Assembly: GCF_006345805.1 (NCBI RefSeq)
Contig: NC_042998.1
Location: 83,142,001-83,206,000, forward strand
Length of the DNA stretch: 64,000 nt
Reading direction: 5' to 3'
Origin: Octopus sinensis
Lineage: Eukaryota
Part shown: positions 53,396 through 64,000 of the stretch, piece after piece
Numbering within the stretch: position 1 is the stretch's first letter
Layout of the letters: the number at the start of each line of letters is the position of its first letter
Position numbers and translations under genes: made by a program
The notes under the pieces: generated by a model
Told to the model about the DNA's origin: nothing
Seen by the model: only the letters and a program-made list of their open reading frames with translations
Database searches by the model: none

Positions 53396-53626
53396 TTAAC
53401 CCTTTTGATACCAACCTGCCTGAAACCGCCTCTCGTTCTGTAGTACAAATGCCTTGGTCTTTGAAAATTTTTGAATTAAAATCTTCCACCAAACCTTAGT
53501 CACAATTTATGTTCCTAACATTAGCCTAATGATAACTAAGTTATTTACTAAATTCTTTGTTATATTTAAAATTTATTGAAAGAAACACAGAGCATCTCAA
53601 CACAAATATGGTAACAAAAGGATTAA
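53396..53626 (+). mobile_element. piggyBac-like MITE
   Basis: TTAA at 53396-53399 and 53623-53626; TIRs cccttttgatacc / ggtaacaaaagga. Confidence 0.8.
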
Positions 53627-54253
53627 GGAAAATATCTGTCTGAGGTCCTTTATGTGACTTGACAGATGAGTAAACACTCTGGCACATTATCTACACTACA
53701 TCAGATTTTGAGGGTGGGGGGAGAAAGTCGATTACATCAGTGCTGGTACTTGATTGGTATGAAATAAGTATCTTAACAAAATTCTTGGTTTTATTTACAG
53801 TTTTTTTTTTTCTAAAAAGTAATTTTTGTGTTATTTGTGCTAGCTGTTTCCCAGTTTTTAGATCAATTATACTATATCTTAGTGTGTTATGAGAAGCAAC
53901 TAAAATGGTTGGCATCAGGAAGAGCAACTGATTGTAAAATACTTCCTATAAAAGTCCAGTCCAACCCATACCATCATAAAAGAAAAGATGTAAAGATAAT
54001 TATGGTGACAGTAGGGATGATGGGGAGGAAGGGTATTAGTTCTAAATTTAACAAAGACTGAAATAGATTCTATTTCTGTCCATATTATTCATTTAGTTAT
54101 AGAAATGATACCTTTTCAAATGTTTCTCTTTCTTCAGAGAGTTTATTATATCAATAAAACCACTTCTGAATAACATATGTTTATGCTTATTTGTATGACA
54201 TTTTATAATTCCTTCACTTTTGGGATTAACATTTTATCTGTTTTTATTCTCAG

Positions 54254-54395
54254 TACACTGAAGAAAAGCTTGGTCAGGCGGAAAAGACTGAATTAGATGC
54301 TCATTTTGAGAATTTACTTCAACGGTCTGAGAAAACAAGACAATGGACAGAAAAACTGCTTCGTTCCTCAGAGACTTTACTTCAACCAAATCCCA
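54254..54395 (+). CDS. SH3GLB1: Endophilin-B (SH3GLB1/2-like) internal coding exon, N-BAR domain (equivalent to coding exon 2)
   Basis: Acceptor tttttattctcag ends at 54253; donor GTAAGT starts at 54396. The 142 nt (phase 0 to phase 1) translate to YTEEKLGQAEKTELDAHFENLLQRSEKTRQWTEKLLRSSETLLQPNP, matching the endophilin-B N-terminus as I recall it (FTEEKLGQAEKTELDAHLENLL...WTEKI...LLQPNP). B1 versus B2 orthology cannot be resolved from one exon. Confidence 0.93.
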
Positions 54396-56223
54396 GTAAG
54401 TAAACTTATATTTAGATAAATAATTTTCCTGTTTATTTTTAAGCTTTGTTATTCCAAGAGTTGCCTTCTCTGTTTTGTTCATTAACAAAAGTATCTCTAG
54501 AAATAAGGAAAAATATCTCTTGATTAGAAGTAACTTTTGTTCAACAAGTTTTTTGTTAGTTTATTTTGTTATTCATGTGAAAAGTAATTTTTTTTTGTTG
54601 CTATTATTTAGAATAAAAATGTCATCTTAGGTAATAGTATGAATAATATAAAGTTTTGAATGTGTAAATCCTAGTATGAATGAAGGGGGAATTTCACTGA
54701 TAGACATAGAGGATTCCCCTGTCTTCTGCATTCTGTTGATTGAAGCTCTCTTGTAATTTAGCAGTATAACTTGTTACACTAGTATTTCTGATTTGTTAGA
54801 AATTAAAAGTGTACTAGCTATTTTCACCATTCATGTCTGACATTTCAACTATCGTAAATTCATTAACCTGAGCCTAGCTGAGAAAACTGAATGTTTGAAT
54901 TCTTTAAATCTATAGTTCTGTTTCAGAGGTACTTGCCCTGGCAAGTGATTTAATCTGAGACTGAGTTGACAGTAAAAATAGTTACACTGTAGAAGATATG
55001 CATTAAGTACTTCTTATTTGGTGTTGATATCTTAATGCAACCTACTGTGACCTAGAAATTGACATGGTTCCACTACAGCTAGTTTGGAGCAGTGTTGTTG
55101 GCCAGTATATCTGAGATTCAGAACTGTAAATATAATTTATTTTTATAGGTCAGTCATTCTCGTTGTCACCACCTGGTGCTTGAAGATGGTTAATTACGTT
55201 GGCATTTGGTTGTGTAATTCGCGTACACTCTCTTCTTTCTCTCAGTGGGGGAGGTTATTTAGTACAGTATCAAGATTCTAGTGCAACCATGAACAAATAA
55301 AATATTCTTTAATTTATTTTTTAAGGCCTAAAAGTCTGTCACTGTCTCTTTTAAATCTGCCAGTCTGTTGTCTCACTGTCCCTTGTAGTAGCCACACACA
55401 CAGAGTTGTAGTTGATTTGAACTTTATAACTATAGTCATTGTGTTGTATCCCTTCAACAGTAGATAATTCTGTTACCTCTGTTTATCTAGCTGGCAAATA
55501 TATTCCACTTCCCATGATTGAGTTCCTAATATTAGCAAAGGCACCTAACCAAAAAAAGCCAATTGCCTTTGGAGCTAACATCTAAGTCTCCACATGGTTG
55601 CTCCATGTGCTAAAAGTAGCAGTAAAACTGCTTGATTAGGATTGAGATGGGGGCTGAAGAGCAACCAGTTGTCCCAATACCATACAATATTCAAATTTTG
55701 GAAATGTACGTCACTCATGTTAATATAGAAAAATTAGTTTTTAAATTGATATTTTAGCTTTTATTTAGGATATCAAAAATGTGATTTTTAAATATTGAAT
55801 ACATTTATTTTGAAATAAACAATAATACTGATAATTCAAAAGTAAAAATTCAGTTCTGCATTGAGTTCATCATAATCATCATCTTTGAATGTCTGTCTTA
55901 AATACTGATGTGGATTGAAGGGTTTAGCAGGATCTGACAGGTTAGAGAACTGGGTCATGCTCCAATATCTGCTTTGACATAGTTTCTACAGTTGAATGCC
56001 TATAAATAAAAATCATGTCTTATTTAAGGTTAATATATGAAAAAAAAAAACAATCAATTTGTGATGAGAAAAATCATCTAAAATCAACTACAGGATATTT
56101 TAGATGCTCTTAATGAATGACAAAGTATATGGAGCCCCCTATTTAGTAAGTTAAAGATGAACAGAACAGTAGATGGCAGAATTTATAATGAATGGCTAAA
56201 ATACTTTAGCACATTTATTTACA

Positions 56224-56875
56224 CTAGCAAACCTACCCATCTATGGTGGGAAATGAAAGGAGGGTGGAAAATAATAACAACTTTAAGTATGAATGTATAC
56301 TGAAATATGGCATGGGAAATGTAACAAAATATAAATAATGGTTGGTTTTGATTTCTGATCAACACTAATTTTCAAATTAGCTGAGTCTGTTTCTCTGCTC
56401 ATTGTGACATACAACTGGCAATGTGTAAACATTGGAGTAGGCAGAAACACACCAACACGATCTAAAGTCTGGCTCTGAGACTTGGCAGCTGTGAATGAGA
56501 AGGCTAGTTTGATAGGAAACTGTCTGTGTCATAATTGGAAGGGAAACTGGTTGTCGGAGGGTACCAGTAGTTCCGGGGTATGAGCAGGTGCTTACCACTG
56601 TGAGGGCCAATCACTGCCTCGATGACATGAGAATTGAGTTGCATGACAGTGTATCATGTTCCGTTGTAATGTCCATTGGCAAGGTCAAAATTTCATAGGA
56701 GCATTATATGACTTTTTTTAATGAGATCCTATGCATAGGTAGTCCTGATGGATTCAAGTTGTTAAGGAAATCTTGTGGATACTGGTGATGATTTCCATTG
56801 ACTATAGTGCCCAAACTTAGATATTGTTGACTTTGTCCTGGGAAGTTGTTAATCATGTAGTCATTAACATTAGTT
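56224..56875 (-). mobile_element. Helitron 3' end: PIF1-type helicase C-terminal remnant with terminal hairpin and CTAG
   Basis: Minus strand: YPQDFLNNLNPSGLPMH, IMLL*NFDLANGHYNGT*Y, HVIEAVIG, QFPIKLAFSFTAAKSQSQTLDRVGVFLPTPMFTHCQLYVTMSR (helicase motifs V/VI). Hairpin 56236-56250 lies 8 nt from CTAG (56224-56227), which is followed by T. Confidence 0.9.
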
Positions 56876-57769
56876 TTTATTTATTTATTTTTTTGTTGTG
56901 GGTGTTGTACCAGATTGACATCGTTTTAGAGGAAGTGTGTTGATGGGATTAAAAGAAACGCGCGCGGTCACACACACACTGTCTTTTTTTCTCTCTTTCT
57001 GCCTGTCTGTTTTTCTCTCTCTTTTTCACTGTATGTCTCTCTCTTGTTTCACACACCCCATCAACGTGTTGAAAAGAAAATGCACATGTACACACACACA
57101 CACACACTCAGTATGTCTTTCTCTCTCTCTCTGTCTGTCTATGTCTCTCTCTGTCTGTCTATGTCTCTCTCTGTGTGTCTCACACACTTTGTGTGTCACA
57201 CACCCTATCAACAAGAACCGTTGTAGAGATAATAATGAAAGAAGAATTGAAAGTACTGTTTGAACTTTGATAAATGCCATTTAGGTCTTAGTTTCTGTTT
57301 TGTTACTGTGACCGATTTCCATATAATTTATTTTTATTTATGTTAAGCAATATAGCAAGTCTTTCCAATAAAATTTTTTAAACATATGAACCATTCTTGA
57401 GACTTCCTTAGTAAGACTGCCAAGTTTTGTGCAAGTGTGACCAGTTGTTTGGCTGTAAAAAAAGGTCACAGATAGACAGATGGATGGACATAAGGCCAAT
57501 TACAATAAGATTTCATCAGATTTTGCCATGGTCAAATTTATAGTTCTCTCCAGAGTCAATAAAGTACCAGTCATGTAGAAGGGGTTTGATTTTTATCAAC
57601 TACATCCATTCCTCAAAATTATATGGATATAATATATAATGAACTTATTGTATACAGTGCTCAGGTGCACTATAACTCATCAGAAAAGATAATCAAAACT
57701 GCATGACTAGAACATAGAATATGCACAGGAAGTGAACAGTGATTAAGTCTTAACAAAAAAAAAAAAGGA

Positions 57770-59270
57770 AAATGGTGAGGGAGGGGGCATCAGGTGTACT
57801 ATTAGTTAATTTCAGAAAGTATGAAAGGTGTATTGTCTTGACAGCTAAAATCTGATGTGAGTAGTTTATTTTGTGCTTCAGCAATTCTGTGCATGAAAAA
57901 ATGTTTCTGAAAGTCATAGGTGCTATATTGTTTTTTGATATTGTAAGCATGTCCATGAGTGTTAGACATGGAATTCAAAAAGGTGCCTGAGGTTGTTGTT
58001 TGACAGAAGATGAATAATGTTGTTGGTGTCTACCAAGTCTGTTGTCAGATGTCAGAGCTTTAATGTGTCTATGCCCAGAGTAGCAATATGTTCAGTGTAT
58101 GGTAGATGCCTGATAGCAGGTATTTGTCTGGTTGCACACATTTCTGAACAGTTTCCAGGATATTGATATGCTGAGGAAGTTAGGGGTTCCAGACTGGTAA
58201 TACAAATTCTAAGTGTGGATGTACCAGAGTCAGATACAGCTTTAAATAGATGGAGATTAGTTGACAAAGGTCTTACTGAGAGATGCTAAGACACCTTCAG
58301 CCTTCTTGACAATAATACCCAGGTCATGTTCCCTTACAGACTTCTTAACATTGGTGGTGTTGAGGGAATATGTAAAAGCTGGGTTTTTTCCTCTCAAAAT
58401 GTATGGTGACACACTTGACTGCAGTAAACTTTAGTTGCTAGTCAGTAATCCATTGCTGCATTGTGTCCAGGTCCGAATGCAGGAAAGATCTATTGCATAT
58501 AGGATCTGTTCTTTTTATCTAAAGGTACAACTTGATGGTATCTGTGTATTTCAACACTAACATTCTTTAAGTTGGCATCTGTGTCATTAATGTATGCAAC
58601 AAATAACAGAGGTCCAAGAACGGATCCCTGTGTTATACCAGATATCATCTCATAGGGTGAAGAATGGTGTCCTAGAACTGTGACTATCTCTTTTCGATTG
58701 AGAATGAAGGATTTCAACCAGCTATAGAGATCATTTTTCACACCCATTGCAGATAGTTTTGCCATGAGTCGTTTGTATGACACAGTACTGAAGGCTTTAG
58801 CAAAGTCAAAATAGATAACACCCATGAGCTGCTATCAGTAATTCAGATGATGTCCTCAAGAAACTCAATGAGTTGGCTACAGCAGGTGGAGTTAGGGATA
58901 AATCCGAATTGTGAGGGTTGAATAAAGCTGTGAAAGTTCCTGCCTGAAGTTCCAGAGTGTTTCTCTGATGCAGGACTCCATCAGTTTGGTGGTGCAGCTA
59001 ATAAGACTGACTGGGCAATAGTTGACAAGTGATGTGCATTCACGCTTTTCGAACAGGGGAATGATGCTGGCAATTTTCCACCGCTCTGGAGTGACACATA
59101 TCTAGAAGATGAACAAATATAGATTTAATGGAAATAGAAAGAAAGGAATTAAAAAGAAACACTAAAAGCTGATGATTAATAGCACAGGATGACTGAATGT
59201 CCCTTTCACATAAGGATTCCAGTGAGTTTCCTGAACCAATCCTCACTGGTCTCTAGATAAATCCAAACAC
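57770..59270 (-). mobile_element. Decayed CR1/L2-type LINE RT fragment
   Basis: WKIASIIPLF..., NYCPVSLIS, VIYFDFAKAFSTV, SGITQGSVLGPLLFVAYIND, IRHLPYTE..; frameshifted across the YADD region. Confidence 0.85.
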
Positions 59271-60797
59271 ACTCTTGCTTTCTTACCTTTCAAATGATGC
59301 CAACATAGTAGTTCTGACATTTACATAAATCGTTGGCCTAAGTACTTTTAGTGAAATGCCTAAATGATATTGATAGTTGTTCAGTTTTAACAAATCTAAA
59401 GGCATCCGGTCGCTTAACCCTATAACAAATCTCAGTTACAAATTAAATCATTCAGAATTGATAACACAATTTGTAATGGAACTAAAATATTTTTATTGAC
59501 TGAGTATCACAATTTCCTCTTTATTTATTTGTCTGAATATTTGCTAGTGAGGGTTTGTTGTACCTCAACATGTTATTGTTTTAAATGTTATGTATGGTAA
59601 ACGAAACAAAGGTTTTGTATAGCTACATTGTAGATGAACATTTTGCTGAGTATGATGCATACACTTGCTCTCTTTATCTTTCAAATGATCAGTGGCGGCT
59701 CGTAGATAAAATTAGTTGGGGTGTTGCTTCAGAAAATTTTTAGCCATTGTTTTAATATTGTGCAAAAGGAAACAAACATATAAAAAGAATGTTTATACAT
59801 AAACTTGATCGGTTCATGTTTTAGCCACTGCTGGGTAGTGTGTTTAATTTGTTCACTGAACACTGCCACAAATTCTCTCTTGTTTTTCAAAAATCCCCCC
59901 TAAATCACAAAATAAGTGGGGGAAATCTGCCCTATTTTTCAAATCCTGGCAACAACACTGTAGCTGGAAGCAGGATAACAGTCTAATTCTACACTTTATC
60001 ACATTCAAGAATATATACAAGTTTTTAATCACAACACACACGGAGTCAAAAAGAAACACTACCTTTCACTGGCACTACGTGAATGACAGTGCTGTTTCTC
60101 CCTAGCATGAAGCTTTCTATCTTGGACATGTGAGCCTGCACACAACAGCTAAACACCGCACCACTGGAACTGTGAAGTGCACAATTCTATACAAAGATTT
60201 TTGTATTTTTTTCATAAACTAGGGGATAGCTGCTGACATTAAGCTTGAGGATTATATAATGAACAAGTATAAAGAAAAAAAAAGGACCTATTATATTGAA
60301 TGTTATCAATAATATCGAGTGGAAATAGGGGATGCTGCAGTTCTGCAGTGCCTATTTATGAGCTGCCTCTGCAAATGATTACAGCAGAAAAAAAAAGACT
60401 TGTAGTTATGCAAATTTAGGCATTCACAAAAATTGATATAAGTATTTGTTCAGCTATATAGTATCAACAGTTATTGGAGTATCATGTAAATTATAAGGAT
60501 TTTTTAATGACACTAGTAGTGTTAGCAGATTTGTTTGGTTATATAATTCTTAGAAACTCTGTTATGCGCTTGCCTAATTCACATATCATGAGATTCAATT
60601 TAAATCCTTAATATCTAGCTACTCTCTAGTTTTCCTACATAACCAATTTCATAATGTTCCACTATTGTATAGAAGAGAACATAATGATCAAACACTACAA
60701 ACAGTCACAAGTAATATTAAAACAAAGCAAGAGGACTTTACCACCTATTCAGTCCCATTAGCAACTAAGACCACCTAAGAATAAATAAGCACTGCAA

Positions 60798-61335
60798 TCA
60801 TCATCAGCAGCATTATCATTTAACATCCATTGTCCATGCTGGTATGGGTTGGACAGTTTGACCAGGGCTGGTAAGCTGAGGGGTTGCACCAGACTCCAGT
60901 CTGATTTGGCATGGTTTCTACAGCTGGCTGCCCCTCCTAATGCCAACACCCCAAGAGTGTAATGGATGCTTTTACATGTCACTGGCACGGGTGCCATTTG
61001 CATGACACCTGCATCTGCCACAGCTATGATTTCACTTGGCTTGATGGACTTTCTGCTCGAGTGCAGCATATTGCCAAACGTCTCGATCATTTGTCATTGC
61101 CTCTGTGAGGCCCAATGCTTGAAAGGTGCTTTTTATGTGCCATTGGCACAGGTGCTAGTTATGAGACACCAGCATCAGCAACAATGTCTCCATGAGGCCC
61201 AACACTCAAAAGGTGCTTTTTACATGCCACCAGACCAAGTGCCAATTACTTGACACTGTCATCGGCCTTGACTATAATTTCACTTGGCTTGATAGGTCAT
61301 CTCAAGCATGGCATATCGCCAAAGGTCTTGAAGTT
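60798..61335 (-). mobile_element. RTE 3' fragment with internal duplication
   Basis: Canonical tail; ctat(g/a)atttcacttggcttgat occurs near both 61025 and 61271. Confidence 0.8.
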
Positions 61336-61423
61336 ATGCTTAAATTGTGAAATGGTTTATTGGCTTCTTGGGATGTTTCCAGTCTTCTCAGAAGAAAAGG
61401 TTACTGCAGAATCCAGAAATAAA

Positions 61424-61457
<34 letters not shown>

Positions 61458-61561
61458 ATATATATAACTGGTTGACTTAACTCCTCATGTTTTTTAAAGT
61501 TTTGTGGATGTGAAAACAACACAACCAGATTCTCAGACATAATGAAGAGAAAGAACAAGAC

Positions 61562-61875
61562 AGATTGACCCCAGGACTTATTCTTTGTAAACCTAGTACT
61601 TATTCTATCAGTCCCTTTTGCCATACTGCTGGGTTACAGGAATGAAAATACACCAACATCAGTTGTCAAGCAATGGTGGGGGAGACAAACAACATACACG
61701 CACACACATACATACATATACATTCCATACACACACACGACGGGTTTCTTTCAGAGTTTGTCTACCAAATCCACTATCAAGGCTTTGGTCAGTCCAAGGC
61801 TATAGTAGAAGACACTTGCCTAAAGTGCCACACAGTGGGACTGAACCTGGAACTATGTGGTTGAGAAGCAAGCAT
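61562..61875 (-). mobile_element. Family A SINE (3'-truncated)
   Basis: Partial tail A, (CA/TA) linker, then head. Confidence 0.8.
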
Positions 61876-61984
61876 CTTACCCCTTCCTATTGAAAGACTG
61901 CACTCTGTTTTCTTGATATATAACAGCTAAACATTGAAACAATTTAAATGTTGAAAGTTTAGCAAGAAAATTTAGCCCAATGAA

Positions 61985-62185
61985 TTATCATCATTTAATG
62001 TCCATGTTCTATGCTGGCATGGGCTAGACAGTTTGACAGGATCCAATGGGCTCAAGGCCTGCATTGTGTTCCAGTATCTGTTTAGTATGGTTTCTATGGC
62101 TGGATGCCCTCCCTAATGCAAACCACTTTACAACACACATTGAGTAGTCTTTTTTGTGCCACCAGCACTATTGAGGTCACCATGA
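61985..62185 (-). mobile_element. RTE-type 3' tail fragment adjoining a GA-rich repeat
   Basis: tcatcatttaatgtcc...ggatgccctccctaatgcaaaccac. Confidence 0.7.
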
Positions 62186-63739
62186 ACCCTGACCGAAAGG
62201 GGTAAGTTTATGTTAGGAGAATAAGTAAAGGGTATATAGTATGAGAGAAAGAGCCAGAGTAGAAGAGGTTTCTTGCAGTAAAGGAGCTACATGACTACTC
62301 ATATTTTAGAAGAGAGGGTGGGGTGAAGCTGGAAAGTGATGAGAAAAGGGGTGAAGAGGTGTCAGAGTGGACCTTCAAGGAATAAGTGGGGCAGGGGTGC
62401 CAGGAGTGAGTTGGGGGAATAGAAGATGTATGATAGTGCAGGGTAGCAAAATAGAAATGATAATAAAGTTTGAAATAAATATGAGGAAAAAAAATAAAAC
62501 AACTTCATTACAGTTTCACATTTTCACAATTGTAGGGGCTCTAAAAAAAGCAACAAAAAACAAAAAAAAACGAATGCAGAAACAACCTCATTATTTTCCA
62601 CCATGTATTACTTCCTTGTGTAACTGTGATGCTTGTTCTATAATTCATTTCTTTGCTTTTTTAAAAGTTTCAAGAGATTGTTCATATGACTCATCCATAA
62701 ATCTCCATCTCTGAATTGCAACATGTGGTTACATAAATAGGTTTAGTCATGTTTTTGTACCCTTTAGTGTTGCTGTTATTAGGTAATCTCTTTCTGTTCC
62801 TGCTACTAAGAGGCAGCTGTTTGAGTCTTTTGCAAAGAAGCCAACATACTTAATCTAAGCCTGTTCAGTTTTGCGAAATATGTAAATGCTGCTGGTTAAC
62901 TATTCTTCTATTATTGTTATTATTCAACTGATGCTTCTTTTCATCAGTTTAATAAAATAATTTAGAGATGGATTTCATCTTTAAGAAAGTAAAACTCTGA
63001 TGTGTTATATAAGTCTAATTTTATCTTTTTTTTTTTGTTTGACACACCATCCTTAATGTCAGAGATGTTTACATTATTCAGCAGCCTTACTCATCACACT
63101 GTTGTACACACTGTGCTTCTCTCTAATCTGGAAGCACCATGCATAGTGTAGCAGAATTATCATGATATATGAATAACAAACAACCCATTTAATCTGTTGT
63201 CAAATACATAATAACAGTAGTTATAACAGTTACACAGTTTTCAAGAAATGAGCTTAACATGGGTTATAATGGGAGAAATTAAACTTTCCTTTACTCAGCA
63301 TGATTTCAATAAAATTTTCTTGCAGAGACTGAAATAACCAACCAGTGTTTAGATTTGTCAGGAACATTCTCTGTAAGTTGAGACATGAAATTCCTATAAA
63401 ATAATCAAGTTACTAAAAAACAAAACAAAAAAAATGCATAAATAGGTGGTCCTGGAGAATTGTGACTAGAAAACTGCTGATATCATGATGGGTGTTAAAG
63501 AAAGGTGTTTACTATGAGCATTTTTGTCTGCAGAGGATACTGGTATGACAAAGACCTTCATCAACAAAAATAAAAAGTAATTGAATCCAATGTAGTTAAG
63601 TTTATAATCTGGAATATGCAAATAATTGACAAGGAGAAGACTTATCTTATTTTATCAGTCTGGTTCTGGACTTAAGTAAAAATAAAACAAACACAATAAA
63701 AACTGCTGTTCTCATCAAACTGAAAAATTCTATCTGAAA

Positions 63740-63880
63740 GGTTAGCAGCTTTTCTTCTGACTTGATGCTCTGAGTTCAAATTCCACCTGGGTCAACTTTG
63801 CTTTGCATCCTTTTGGGGTTGATGTAACCAACTTGCACCCTTCCCCACGATTGCTAGCCTTGTGCTAAAATTTGAAGCCA
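63740..63880 (+). mobile_element. Meta-domain-like SINE, decayed
   Basis: ctgagttcaaattccacctgggtcaactttgctttgcatccttttggggttgat. Confidence 0.7.
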
Positions 63881-64000
63881 ATATATTTTTTCAACTTTAT
63901 GAATATCTAGATCTCTAAGTTACTAATTTATTAACATGAGTATATCATATCATTGCTATATAGTACAGTCATGGAAGAGATGCAAATAATATTTTTCCTC

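Noticed and set aside
59690-59830. hAT-like MITE (cagtggc...gccactg)
   Set aside because: Only 7 bp of terminal complementarity and no 8-bp TSD.
54396-64000. Endophilin-B next exon
   Set aside because: No acceptor followed by a phase-1 N-A-R-x-E-x-F-like frame was found; the candidate at about 63533 hits a stop and has no similarity.

Overview
AT-rich, repeat-saturated animal genomic DNA. The SINE, RTE-tail and microsatellite repertoire looks like Octopus (inference from recalled repeat families, not a database result). Only one host coding exon is recognisable: a 142-bp endophilin-B (SH3GLB1-like) exon at 54254-54395 (+). Neither neighbouring exon was found, so most of the window is probably intron. 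The rest is kb-scale TA/CA/TG micro- and minisatellites, tRNA-derived SINEs (a bipartite family with an internal microsatellite, an RTE-tailed variant, and Meta-domain-like SINEs), about 21 RTE 3'-end fragments, decayed RTE and CR1-type LINEs, two deleted mariners, TTAA-flanked MITEs, a Helitron 3' end, a HINE-like element and probable old Penelope-like remnants. All long ORFs in the track are microsatellite artefacts. Best lead: a 12-bp-TSD-flanked, head-to-head inverted element at 38516-38980 that joins a tRNA-like Pol III head to a degenerate minimal hammerhead ribozyme of the Penelope type. Repeat boundaries were set by eye and are approximate to tens of bp unless exact TSD/TIR positions are given.
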